Positions 36,381 through 49,491 are shown, counted from the whole stretch's first letter. The stretch: DNA of 63,170 bases, filler included, from Reticulomyxa filosa (GCA_000512085.1; 21 parts of 21 records of this genome joined end to end with filler, not necessarily neighbours in it); one strand, 5' to 3'. Numbers and translations are program-made. Notes: generated by a model from the sequence alone, not told the origin.

Positions 36381-37623
36381 TGTTAATGTTGATGAAATAT
36401 GGAGTTGTTTAGAATTTTTTAAAAGGGGAAGGACATAAAAAAGTCCTTTCAAAGTAAAAAGAATCCAAAATTTTTTGGAAGGATCCACTTAGAAAAATTT
36501 AAAAAACTGAATAACGATTGTATTACACAACGGCATGATTATAGCAGACAAGATTATTTTTAAAGTGCAGAATGTGTTAATACTATTATTAAAATTGGAG
36601 TAAATTAATTGTAAATTTGGAAATGATAATTAATCACAATGTTTTATTTCTTCAATACTCTAAATTTACAATTGTAAATCACATTGGTGATATTTTTTAA
36701 AAAACTAGCATTTGAGCGTAAAATCACTCTATTGTCAAACTGAAGGTGTTATCAACCATCAACAATTAAAAACCACTTTTTGAACACAATATGTTTCATT
36801 TTTTATTTGATTCGTTCATAGTTTTGTTTTTTGTTATTCTACAGAAAATCAGGACCATTGATGCTATTAACAGGAGTTGCAAAATACGAAAACAAAAACT
36901 ATTGTTTCCCTCCAAAAAAAAAGACTTGTGAAAACTTTTTTCAAAGGAACACACCAAATTTTAACTTTTGAAATAAAGTTATTATACGTGAGTAGAGTGC
37001 TATTTTTTACAATTTATTGTGATAACAATCAAATTGCAAATAATGCAATGGAATTGATTGTGATGAATATAAGAATATAAAATATGTTCATTTGGTAGGA
37101 AATGAATGTTTTTTAAATATATAAGTCTTAACTTGTTGTATAAACGAGACATCAAGGTGATTAGATCCCAATTTATCTAATCTAATTTAAATAATTTTTA
37201 ATGATATTCAACTGTTTTGTCATATTCTCCTTTTCTCATGACTGCTTGAAATATATTAAACATTTTTCTCTATGATCATCAATAATAACAATATTTCTAA
37301 TATCATTTTTATTCGTTTTGTTTATCATGCATATTTTTGCAAACAATTGATTGAAGTATCATATTATAAAATAAATAAGTATTTTTAAAGATCTTTTGCT
37401 GTAATATGATTATGATTTTGAATGATAGTTTGTGGACCGTTCTCGATACAATAATTAAATGTTTTATTGTTTATGTTTCAAAGAGATTTGACAATCGCTT
37501 CTTTCTTTTCAATTATGCCAAACAAAAAATATCCATGAAAAAATACATTTTTGGCCGTTTTTTGTTTTTTCAAAAGGTCCCTTTTTTAAAAAGTTAAACT
37601 TAAAAAACTTCAGCATTAACAAC

Positions 37624-38893
37624 ATGGGCAATCGGACTACAACACAAAAACATCCTGAAAAGCAAACTAAACAAAGTCAACATCTTATTACCCCCTTTCA
37701 AACTTTGAAGGAGCTGCCCACTCCATTTAAGCAAGCTCAATGTGTGCTACATAAACACGAACTTCTTATTTGTGGAGGTTATCAACAAACAGCTTGTTAT
37801 TCTTATCATACAATCAAAAATGAATACAAGCTTATCTGTGAATATCCGAGTAATATTTATTTATGCGGACACTGTGTAGTGAAACTCGTAAATAACAGTA
37901 ATAACAAAGACACTAATCAAATCACTTTGTTGTCTTTTGGTGGATTGTATAAGCATACATTGATGATGAAATATGTAAGTGTTTGGAGTAATATATCAAA
38001 CAAATTAAATAAATTCAACAATTACAATAAATGGGTCCCTTTCACAGACAATCACAATCATCCAATTAACATTGGAACAGATGAAGATGATTATATTGGA
38101 GTGCGTGCAGTGATCGGTGGAAGTAACAATCATTTGTTATTTATCACTTATCAATTAAATAATATTAACGTGTTTGATTTAAATACATTTCAATTTATTA
38201 AACATGATACTTTACCAATTTCAAATTATAATCCAATATGGTATCATTGCTTTATACCAAATCCAAAAAATGGACAAGCACAAGAAATGATGAAAACAAA
38301 TAAACAAAATTATCAAATGTCATTGTTTTGTAGAAATACAGGATTATCAATTGAATATGATGAAGATAACAACAATTTTCAATTTCGTAAACTACTTATT
38401 TGTGATGATATTGTACCATTCAATTGTTATGCATATGTGTGTATCAATAATACTATATTGTTTTTTGGTGGATGGAATCGTAGATTTGATGCTAATACTG
38501 TTATTTCAAAATCAGTGCACAAGTATTCAATTCAAGAAAACAAATGGACGACATTACAAGACACTTTATCCAATCCATTGAGACATTGTGTTGCAATATT
38601 GAATGAAGAAGGCAATTATATACACATCATTGGAGGAGAAGATAACAAAATGGAAACAGTATCAAATCATATGAAGACTAACGTGCGTATATGGGACCAT
38701 TTACAGTTGGTAATTTTTTTTTTTTTTTTTTTTAAAAAATTTTATTGTGTAAAACTGATTAATAATAAATAATGAACAGTCAAACAAAGAAATAAAATTT
38801 ATTATTGAATATTGGATTCGAGCTTCAGAAATAAAATTAGGATGGATTGATGATTTTGATAAAATTATTATTAAGTACAGTAGAATGAATTAA
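37624..38893 (+). CDS. Kelch-like protein, expanded family (copy 2)
   Basis: Close paralogue of copy 1 with the same intron position. Last exon SNKEIKFIIEYWIRASEIKLGWIDDFDKIIIKYSRMN*. Confidence 0.88.
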
Positions 38894-40249
38894 AGTTAAT
38901 TGATTTTTTGATGAAGAAACACAATAAAAATAGTCATAAATCCACGTTTTTTTTTAAAAAATAGTTTTGATGTTAGCTTTTATTTCATTTTTTCCAATTA
39001 TATTGGTGATAGTGGTAAGATTTAACTTTTTTAAAGTCAATCGTTCATCAAAAAAAATTATTTTATCATGTGAACTTGCTTCACCAACACAAAACCAACA
39101 TAAAATAATCTGAACAATATTATCATACACACAATTAATAACTTGACTTAACAATTCCTGATTTCTGACAAATAAACAAAGGCCTCGTTCGATTATGTAA
39201 TCTTATTCAATTCCACTCGACAGCCTGCTGAAATGGTCCTTGCAGTGCATTGTTGTTTAAGTTTTGTTCCGTCAATACATTGTCCATTTGCTAAATGGAT
39301 GATTTTTTGGGTTCAGTCACGTTCGTTAGAACAGTGAAACTACGACAATCAATCTACAATCGCAAACATAAACTGTAAAAATGGAAATTATGTTGTGGCT
39401 GTGAATATTACAAATCAATTATTTTGAAATTGAGGGAACTTCGATTTTGTGCTTTACTAGATCGCAAACAAATATTGCTTATTTCATGAAAAATATTGTT
39501 AACTCATTTCTGCAATGGTAGTGGTTTTTTATTTTGCACCCTTTCTAGATATAAGAGAAGTTGACGTTGATTTGTTACAATATCAATTTATCTCTCGTTT
39601 TACTAAGACATTATGTTAAAACGACAAAAAGATATTGTTTTAAAAAGTTATACTTATGGAATAATTTTTTTATTTAACTTTTTTAAATATATTTTGAACA
39701 TACCTAAGAAAAAATGGAAAATTTCATAATTATGAAATACGACGATTTTTATAAAATTATTTTTAAATACAGTATATAGAGATAAAGCACAATTAAATAC
39801 CTATGAATAATGTCTTCTTTAAATATGGTTTTGCTTATGGTTTTTATACATCTTTATCCAATGTCCTTATTTTCAATAATTTTTCATAGTTGTTATGTTC
39901 TCTAATTGTCTTTAGTTCCTTTGTCTTTTGTAGATTGAAATTGTATTGAATATTCTATTTTCATGTATTATTGATAAGGAATAAGACATTTTTTTAAAGA
40001 ATTGCCATTACACACTAATAACTTCGTTTGATGTGTACTACTCAACAAAATTTATTTAAAAAGTGTAATACATCACAATTATTTTACCAGAAAATCAATA
40101 AAGCAAACAAATGATGTTTTGACGATTCCAATTGGAAAATACGTCTATAATTACGATAGAAAATCAGTGGTGCAAAGAATTGTGTGAGAAAATGGAATTT
40201 CATAATTATGCAATAAAACCAAAATCAAAACCATACTTAAAGAGCATGG

Positions 40250-40842
40250 TTAATTGTGATTCTTCAAAATTTATTTTGTCTAATGTATTTTATAATAATT
40301 TGATCAAAATCATCAATCCATCCTAATTTTATCTTTAAAGTTCGAATCCAATATTGATTAATAAATTTTATTTCGTTTTGTGACTGTTCATTATTTGTTA
40401 ATCAATTTCAAGCAATACAATTTATTTGTGTTTTATCAAAATAAATAAATCATTACGAATATTGAAGGGTCCCATTCACGCACTCTAGTCTTTATGTGAG
40501 TTGATACTATTGTATATTTATCATCTTGTCCTCCAATGATGTGTATAATATTGTCTTCTTCATTCAATATTGCAAAACGATGATACAATGCACTGGGTAA
40601 AGTGTTTTTAAATATCATCCATTTGCTTTCTCGAATTGAATATTTGTACACTAATTTTGAACAAACATCAGTACCATTCCATCCACCAAAGAACAAGATG
40701 GCATCATTAATATACACATATGCACAACAATTGAATGACGCAATATCATCACAAACAGGTAGTTGATAAAATTGAAAATTGTTGTTATCTTCATCATATT
40801 CAATTGATAATACTGTATCCTTACAAGACAACAGCATTTGAT
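40250..40842 (-). CDS. Kelch-like protein, expanded family (copy 3, 5'-partial)
   Basis: Highly similar to the 3' half of copy 1, including the intron. Last exon SQNEIKFINQYWIRTLKIKLGWIDDFDQIIIKY. Confidence 0.82.
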
Positions 40843-40942
40843 NNNNNNNNNNNNNNNNNNNNNNNNNNNNNNNNNNNNNNNNNNNNTTAATTAATTAANN
40901 NNNNNNNNNNNNNNNNNNNNNNNNNNNNNNNNNNNNNNNNNN

Positions 40943-43528
40943 ATTTGTGAGAACTTGAACTTATATTATACCTTGTCCTCGCAAAGTACCACTCCTTATT
41001 CCCACTCGTATTATACCAATATCACATCGATGATTGCTTTTCGAGAAACATATCAAACCATTCCTACCAATTGGTATGATGGAATCGACACTTCACATTT
41101 GGATTCAACGTTGTATGACAATCCTGCTGTTGCCACCTGTGTTGTGGAAAGGCCTTTCACACAGGCACCAACGAGAAAACCAACGCACGTGCCAACTCCT
41201 CGTCCCTCGTTACAACCCTCGACTCCACTAACACTTGCACCTACGAAGGGATCCACACAAAAGCCCACGCAAAAGCCGACATGTCAACCAACCAAAACGC
41301 CAACGCACGTGCAAACATTGCCTCCAACAAAGACAGCGACGTTGCCGCCCACTAAAACATTGACATTGCCTCCGACAAAGACATTGACCCTTTCTCCAAC
41401 TCCGGCATTGACGTTGTCTCCAACAAAGACACTGACATTGCCTCCAACGAAAAGACTGACATTACCTCCAACGAAGACGTTGACATTACCTCCGACAAAA
41501 GCGTTGACGTTGTCCCCAACAAAGACTTTGACATTGTCTCCGACAAAGACTTTGACATTTCCCCCTACGAAGACCCTGACATTACCCCCGACTAAGACGT
41601 TGACCTTATCTCCAACCGAGACGTTGACACTGCCTCCGACAAAGTCAAATCCGTTGACTTTGCCTCCGACAAAAACGCTGACCTTGCCTCCTACAAAAAC
41701 ATTGACCTTTCCTCCTACAAAGACATTGACCTTTCCTCCTACAAAGACTTTGACGCTGCCTCCGACGAAGACGTTGACATTGTCGCCAACCAAGACATTG
41801 ACCTTTTCTCCTACAAAGACTTTGACGCTACCTCCTACTAAGACATTGACCTTTCCTCCTTCAAAGACTTTGACGTTGCCACCGACAAAGACATTGACCT
41901 TTCCTCCAACAAAGACTTTGACGTTGCCTCCAACAAAGACATTGACGTTGCCTCCAACAAAAAAGGAAAGTTTTTCGCCAACGAAAAAGTTGACATTACC
42001 CCCGACTAGGACTTTGACATTACCTCCGACAAAGACTTTGACTCTCCCGCCGACAAAGACTTTGACTTTTCCACCGACGAAGAAGTTGACACTTCCACCA
42101 ACTAAAACATTGACATTGCCACCCACAAAAGCCTTGACTCTTCCACCCACCAAAACACTGACATTTTCTCCTACAAAGAAGTTGACTTTCCCTCCAACGA
42201 AAACCTTGACATTGCCCCCAACGAGGACATTGACTTTACCTCCCACGAAAACGTTGACGTTTCCACCCACAAGGACATTGACGCTTCCTCCGACAAAGCC
42301 TTTTACTCTTCCTCCGACCAAGAAGTTGACGTTGGCCCCGACAAAGACCTTGACGTTACCTCCGACCAAGAAGCTGACCTTACCTCCCACAAGGACGTTG
42401 ACGTTAGCTCCGACCAAGAGGCTGACATTCCCTCCAAGTCCAGCTCCAACGCCATCAAGTTTATTATTTGTCAATGTGTTTACACACAAAGATGTTGTCA
42501 TTTGTATTTGTTTTAAATATAATCATATGTCCCCCCCCCCCCTCAGATGAGTGTGCTCCTTGCTCCATGTTGGAGTGCGACACTGCAATGTATCCTCATA
42601 AGGATAACACGTTGGAACCAGAGTATGCGCCATTCAATGAGCTTTATGGTGATTGGAACGAATTCACTTATCGTTTCTTCATAAACAGTGCTTTCCCAAT
42701 CTGGTTTACCAAAGCCTCGGTTGTAATTGACACCTCCGAGTGTCCTTCGAACACGGAACATCTCTTTGTCGCGACAATTTGGTCACAATTACCCAATCAG
42801 ACGTGGGTGCCCATGGCGTCAGATAACCTCATTGAACCGACATCCCAACCCAAAGGAATCACATTCAAGTTCCCTGAAACGGACGCGTCTGGTAATCAAT
42901 TCAAAATGGAACATTCCTCACAACCCTATTTGTTCCAATTCCTGTATCTCGGAGACTGCGCTGCTGTTGCTTTGTATTACACGGAATCGCCAGAGTTTGC
43001 TACCCCTTATTCTCACAGCTATTTCGCCAATATCACCGCTGCCACCACAACGACTGGAGATCCGACCGGGCAACCTGTTACTTGGAATAACGGAGATGAT
43101 CCCATAGGATTTAATGCTACAAAGTATCTCAATCCAGCTTTGTCCGTATGTGTGGAAAAATTACATCCACCCCCTTCAACCAGTATTTCACCATCCAGTT
43201 ATATACATATACATATACATATACGTATACACATATTATGTATGTATACATAATATGTATATAAATGCTCATCAAATCCACAAAAAACATATACAAACAC
43301 GAACATTAGGAAGTCCAACCAAACAACCAACTAAGACGACAACTGGCAAACCGACGAAACGTCCAACTCCAATTCAAACCAAAAAACCGACAAAAGGTCC
43401 AACAGCCAAACCGATAAAACAACCAACCCAAAGGCCAACAAGGAGGCCCACAAAACAACCTGTCTCATCGACAACGGTGAGACCTACTTTAAAGCCTACT
43501 TCAAACCACATCAAACCGACAATTGAAG
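40943..43528 (+). CDS. Mucin/extensin-like surface protein with a repeated Cys-containing domain and P/T/K-rich stalks, partial
   Basis: The domain end LYYT.S....TPYSHSY..NIT...W..G.D......Y.NPA...CVE occurs twice (~40960-41150 and ~42970-43157). The copies are separated by an 8-aa repeat array and followed by PTKQPT repeats. Confidence 0.75.
41316..42440 (+). repeat. 24-bp coding tandem repeat, roughly 45 units encoding (L/F)PPTKTLT
   Basis: Visible directly in the ORF translation. Units vary mostly at synonymous positions. Confidence 0.95.
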
Positions 43529-43706
43529 GTTAAACATATCTATTGTGTAACTGTTTTGTAATATTGTCTGAAAGTAAGTAATATGATATGAATGCAAACC
43601 AAATCTNNNNNNNNNNNNNNNNNNNNNNNNNNNNNNNNNNNNNNNNNNNNTTAATTAATTAANNNNNNNNNNNNNNNNNNNNNNNNNNNNNNNNNNNNNN
43701 NNNNNN

Positions 43707-43910
43707 GTATCATATCTATTTCTTCTGGGGAATAACAAAAGTCACCAAAGACTCTTATTTCCCCATTCTTGTCTTGCAGACACTCCAATGTTTTTTTTAT
43801 GAAACCTTTCGAATGAGTCAATCCACCTTCTGACATTGAATTCTATCGCATTCATTACAGAGGTATGCTGTCAACACAAACCTCGATCTCAACTGGGAGC
43901 TTTGATAGTT
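43707..43910 (-). pseudogene. cutC: CutC copper-homeostasis protein, N-terminal fragment, degraded
   Basis: IEVCVDSI/(shift)SVMNAIE/(gap)SEGGLTHSKGFI...IRVF/(gap)GDFCYSPEEIDM. The RIELC and IRPR blocks are missing. Confidence 0.75.
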
Positions 43911-44174
43911 TTTTTGTCGTTTGTTGCGAATTATTTCTTTTTTAAACACAAAACAAGCCAGTGATCAGTCAGTTACATCTCACCTTTACATCTAAGAGAT
44001 TAGCGCAATCTTCTTTTGGGGGATCTTTTGCCATCATTGACATGTTAAGGTATCCTTTTCAAAAAAAGAGTTTTAGTCTTTTGAACAATTGTGATAACAC
44101 GTAAAAGACACGAGAAAAACGTCTAAGAAAGCAACATGTGTATTTTATTTGTAGAAAACACCTGTCAACAAATT

Positions 44175-44426
44175 TTAATGCTTGTTATCCAAGTTTATTA
44201 GTTGCTGAGTAAACTTGAAAGAAATAAAAAAACACTGATAAATTCCTATATCTTTTTCTTGTTCTATTTGAAATTGTATTGGAATACTTTTTTCCATTTT
44301 ATAAAAAGAATAAACTCTTTTGAATAATTCATTATTTTCTGGATTAAATATAGAAAATCCAATATCTAAATCTCCACCTTCTCTTACATCATATTCAAAT
44401 TGTAATATTTTTTTAATATCATTCAT
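44175..44426 (-). pseudogene. p24/emp24 GOLD-domain fragment
   Basis: FEYDVREGGDLDIGFSIFNP...GIYQCFF matches the GOLD pattern FEY.V..GG.LDI.F.I..P...G.Y..CF. No signal peptide or TM exon found nearby. Confidence 0.55.
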
Positions 44427-44757
44427 ATTATGCCAATAACATTCTATAGATTTGCTTTCAATCTAATTTTTATAAACACAATATTTTTAAACTTTAGTTG
44501 TTAGACTGTCAGCTGATATCATTGATATAATTCGAGTAAATGTGCAAATAACAAATACAACATTTATTAACATTTTTTTTAAAAAAAAATAGTTGTTTAT
44601 TAAATGCAACAAAATTATTACAAAAAAAAAATTCAATTTAATTAATAAGTAACTCATTTTTGACATCAAATTTATTATATATTTTTTTGTAATCTGTTTC
44701 TAACAGTTTTTTTCATCAATTAAAATCAAATATTCAAAAATCATCAATTCGAAATAG

Positions 44758-45071
44758 ACTCCAAAAGTTTACAACATATTCAATCAATGATTGACTTGTG
44801 CAAAAAAACACAGAGTGGTTATGTTGTCTGTGTTGCTGGTGGCCTCACACCAAATAATGTCGCTGCCATTTTTCAATTTGTAAAAGATAAATTTGATGTC
44901 AAACAAATTCATGGTTCGTTTCGAACACTTTGCAAATCCAAAATGTCGTATACTCAACAAAATGTCACTATGGGGATCAGTAACGATTATTCGTACAAAT
45001 ATTTGGATGTTTTGCTGGTTAGACAGATGTACTCCAATTTACTTGCATGTTTTTCAAAAATTTCTGGATAA
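44758..45071 (+). pseudogene. cutC: CutC C-terminal exon, opposite strand to the N-terminal fragment
   Basis: After an AG acceptor (44756-57): VAGGLTPNNV...KQIHGSFR...SKMSY.QQNVTMG...DYSY, matching the CutC C-terminus (GGG...N...H.S....S.M......V.MG). Confidence 0.7.
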
Positions 45072-45374
45072 TTGATTTGAAAATTCATTAGTTAATCCTC
45101 AACAAAATTTTTCATCTTATTTTTCTTTTATAGAGATGAAAACAAAATGTGAATAATTTTTTTCCATGTAATACATTAAAAAAAAACAATAAATAACAGT
45201 ATATATTACACTTAAAATACTAAATGAAACAAGCCAATGACTGCAAAAAGAGTAAGGAATGTAATTTGACAACAGACAAAAAAAACATATGAAAAAATGG
45301 ATGGTTTTAATTAGAAAAGGTTTATGCAACAGATACAACGCCTATTTCATGACTAGATATATCGTTTCCATTAT

Positions 45375-46042
45375 TTACTTCTTTAAAAAGTGACTGGCTT
45401 GCTCGTCTTCTAAATGAATACTCCTGTATTTCATTAGTAAAATTAGCATTTTGACGTCAACACAAGCGGAGTTTTGATATAGCTGGATGCTCTTTTCATT
45501 TGCTTCGCATTTCTTTGCATTGATCAATTCAATTATTTGGCTTGAATTTAACATGTATTTAATACTTGACAATTCTGCTGTAAATGCTATCTTATCTGCA
45601 TCGGTTACAGTTCTGGACGCTTCATGTGCGTTTTCGCTTTGATCAACAATATTTTTTTCTTGTGCAAGTATCTCTAACCATATAATTTGATTCAAGTTCG
45701 GGACACTTGTAAGTTTTGTTGGCAGCAAGAATTTTTCAAGTAATGCTTGTTATTGAACAAGTAAAACTATTAACATAATAGAATCAGTTCAATTTTAACT
45801 GTAAAAATATGTCTCAAATAAGAAGAAAAAAAAATGAATTTGAAAATTATGCAGTGCTTGTGGCAGAGCACGAATAGAGTCAACAATACATAGAAGCCGT
45901 TTCATGAGTGCGTCAAAAAGAGAAGCTTTGACATCTTGGCCACTATTTTAAATATTCTCTTTGACAGTGTTCATGCATTGTTGAGTCAGAGAAATGACAG
46001 GTAAACTCATATACTGGCCCAAAACTTCGCTGATATCTTCCA
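45375..46042 (-). pseudogene. Unidentified coding-like fragment with an internal stop
   Basis: 117-aa ORF plus an upstream exon-like block containing a stop. No family recognised. Confidence 0.3.
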
Positions 46043-46518
46043 NNNNNNNNNNNNNNNNNNNNNNNNNNNNNNNNNNNNNNNNNNNNTTAATTAATTAANN
46101 NNNNNNNNNNNNNNNNNNNNNNNNNNNNNNNNNNNNNNNNNNAAAAAAAAAGGAACTTACAAACTCCCCTTCTTAAAAAAACTAAAGTGGTTCTTCCGGT
46201 TTGCCTGTTTCATAGAACTAAAAAAAACATTTTCAAATACTCTTTGGCATTTTCACGTCTTGTTTTTATTTGTCTTTTTTCTGCGTACTTCTTTACTGTT
46301 TATTTTGCAGAGATTTCTGCGCAAGCGCGATTTGGACCTTCTCTGCAAAGATAAAAAAACATTTCAAAAGCAATTGATGATCGTATTTCATGTTATAAAT
46401 GTGTTATAGTGAGCCTCTGTTATTTTACTCAAGGAATTTCAAAAAAATTTTTGACGATAACGTTTGGGGATCAAGCACCCTTTGAAACTGACAGGTTCTC
46501 CAAAAAAAAAAAATAGAA

Positions 46519-47365
46519 ATGCCTAAACATGGCTCCGCAAAGAACAAAAAGTCTTCAAAAAATGTCAAGAATGATAAAAAGAAATCAAATGTCGGTGATA
46601 AAAATAGCAAGGAGAACCTGAAAGACGCAGATTACTCTGTGAAAGTGAGACACGTCATCAATTACTGGTCTCGAACGGAATGCCATTCTGACAAGCTCCT
46701 TCCGTTTCAACTTTTGAAAAAAATTGTGCAGTTCACATATCAAAGATTCGAAAGAGGTGTGAAGGTAATCACATTGACCCCAGGGAACGGAGTTACCAAA
46801 CCTCGTAAAGGTAACACGTTGCAAATGCACTATACAGGTAAAAAAAAAACACTTAGATATTACATGGCAATGTGTGCACACAGCGCTACTAAATTTCACA
46901 ACATTTGCCAATCAAACTGTCTTTGGCCTTGTGTTGAATGCAGGCTTTTTGCACGGTGGATCTCGGCACGGGTACGTTTAACATACAATTTCGTCTGAGA
47001 TACAAACTGTATTATTTTTTTAGGGGGTTACTCTAAACATGCACCTGAAACACACTTTTTATAGTAAAAAAAATGTGATTTATCTTAAGTTACAATTTGC
47101 AATATAAAATGACAGCGAACAGTTCGATTCTTCAAGGAAACGAAATGCACCGTTCGACTTTGTAATTGGAAAACGTGAGGTGATCCGCGGATGGGACGAA
47201 GGGATTTTAAAAATGACATTGGGAGAAAAGGCATTGTTGCAAATATCATCTGATTATGCATACGGCTCACAAGGACGTCCAAATCTCTCCACTCCAGGGG
47301 AACAATATGCTATCCCTCCCAATAGTGACTTGTTGTTTGAAGTAGAGCTATTAAAAATTAATTGA
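46519..47365 (+). CDS. FKBP-type peptidyl-prolyl isomerase with N-terminal extension (3 exons)
   Basis: GVKVITLTPGNG..KPRKGNTLQMHYTG|FLHGGSRHG|EQFDSSRKRNAPFDFVIGKREVIRGWDEG...DYAYGSQG...IPPNSDLLFEVELLKIN. A 28-nt micro-exon (46944-46971) restores frame. Confidence 0.93.
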
Positions 47366-48101
47366 TTTTTTTGATGTGACTTCGTGCGTAAAAATATACT
47401 GCAAGAAATTATTTGTGTACTATTTGTTTTTGTTCGCTCATCTTGTGATTCCAATATTTTCACACTATCGCTTTCAGCAAGCAGACCTTGTCTGTGACGG
47501 CGTTTTAAAGTAAATGTAATCTTTTAGCATATTTTATTCGTGCAGAAGTGAAACAGTGCAAAGCTCAATTTTCATTGTAGTTTTTATAGTTGATTTTTTC
47601 TTTGATTGTTTTGTAGTCACTCTTCGGCCTTAGAAAAATTTTTTTTTGCAAAAATTACTGCGTGCGTTTTACACATCTTTCAGATGTAGTTATCTAAAAC
47701 TATTAATGAGTATTTTCGATTATCGGGTATTAGTAATTCTATCTTTTCAGATAATAACGACAGCACCAAACAGAATTTTATTTCATATTAATATTGAGCT
47801 ATTTACACGATACTGGTGATCCTGATACTCCTTTCAATTGTGAGGAATGAAATATATGACTGTTTGCAACCTATGTTTGAAATACCAAGAGATTACAAAA
47901 GTCAAATATTTAACATCATCAATGACAATCAAAAATGTTCTTTTTGGTGTCTGTTGTTTAATGATTTGGATTCGGGGTATTTAATTTAAATCTTGGAGAA
48001 TGAAGTACCTTACTCATAGTGGATAATAAATTATACATTGTTTTAAAAACTTTACGTAGAACGTACTTTTTTTAATTCCTCTCAAAAAAACTTGGATAAA
48101 A

Positions 48102-49491
48102 ATGTATATTTGCTCAATTGAAGAAAGAGGGATAACTGGTATTTCAGGTGACATTCCAATGTTGTCGTTCCTTGTTTGCGTCTTTTTCACGGCTTTTTTA
48201 GTTGTGATTTAAACAATATTTTTTTTTTGCGTGTACTTACCTGCAACAGGTATTTTTTACCCGATAGTGAGCACTGTGCACACATGCGTGGTGGTGTACA
48301 CACTATGGCAATTTAATACATACATAAAGCAAGCTGGCTCAGAGTTTAAATGGCGGCCTATTTACTTCTTACTACTAGGATACGCAATAGGCTCTTGGGT
48401 GTATATCTTCAATGACTGTCTCTACTTCACTGTCGCGAGCTACAGCTCATGGGCCATCAGGCATCCATTATACTGCCACCTCTTTGTGCTCATTGCGTGG
48501 GGCTGCGCTTTTCTAACAATTACATCCAAGCAATTATTTTGGCTTGCTAGATTAAGTTTAAAAAAAATGGACGACAATGGAATTATGCGTACATACGATA
48601 TATACACATACACTATATATGCTATATGTAATCCTATATACGAATGTAAATGGATACATTCATGTTTTTTGTTTTTACAAAGGAATTGCTTTCTCCAAAT
48701 CGACTTGGAAATTGAGCACTAAGGTTGAACACTGTTATCAATGCTTTTTACTCTGCTTGTCGATAACAGCTACTGTGGTGATCATTTTGATGTCTATCCA
48801 AGCCAACTGTGCTATCCTTGTCCATACGTTGGATTTTAACATATTTTTTCATTCCGATTTGTATCATTGTGGTGGGTATGTCAATAGTTTATTCTGGAGT
48901 TTTTTTGTTTTGCTGTGTTCTTCTCGGAAAAAAAAAAAAAAAAAAAATGATATCAGGTATTCGTCAATCCTAGAGGACATCACGTTTATCCTTGTCGGGC
49001 TATCAGAAATGTTTTGCTCGATATGGATATCTTATCAATACGTCAGCAAAATGTACAAAGTTGTGATATCTGTGGAAACGGAAAATATTCGAGAGACAAA
49101 CCTGTATCGCATCGAGAAAGCTTGTGTGCTCGCTGTAGTTGGCGCAACGACTTCAGTGTTGAGCATTGTGTTAATAGTCGCTTTGCCTAACAGTATCGGC
49201 TATCTGACAATCCCCATTGACATGACCGTCGGGCTCATTTGTTTGGTTTCCGTCTTTGAATTTGGCGAAAACTTGTTTCGCAAAGTCTTTGGTTGTTGCT
49301 TATTTTATGCACAAAAGCACCATTTGCTACGCCGAGCTACTTCCAAATCACAACCATGTCGTGAATGTGGGAGAATGGCAGAGATGAGTTTAATTAAAAC
49401 TTTCAGCAGCACAAACGTGCCACCTCATCTTTGCAATCAATGCACCTCCCGAAGAACTCTGTCTGATCCGGATGTAAGTGAAGAAGAGTGA
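48102..49491 (+). CDS. Multi-pass (7TM-like) membrane protein
   Basis: About 7 hydrophobic helices over several exons. The C-tail carries CRECG...LCNQC. Confidence 0.65.

Noticed and set aside
40340-40350. GTTCGAATCC T-loop-like motif suggesting a tRNA
   Set aside because: It is the antisense of the Kelch last exon (YWIRT), with no cloverleaf. No tRNA or rRNA gene was found in the window.
41284-42501. 405-aa Val/Gly-rich minus-strand ORF (VGGNVNVF repeats)
   Set aside because: Antisense shadow of the PPTKTLTL array. The plus frame connects to flanking domains and carries the synonymous variation.
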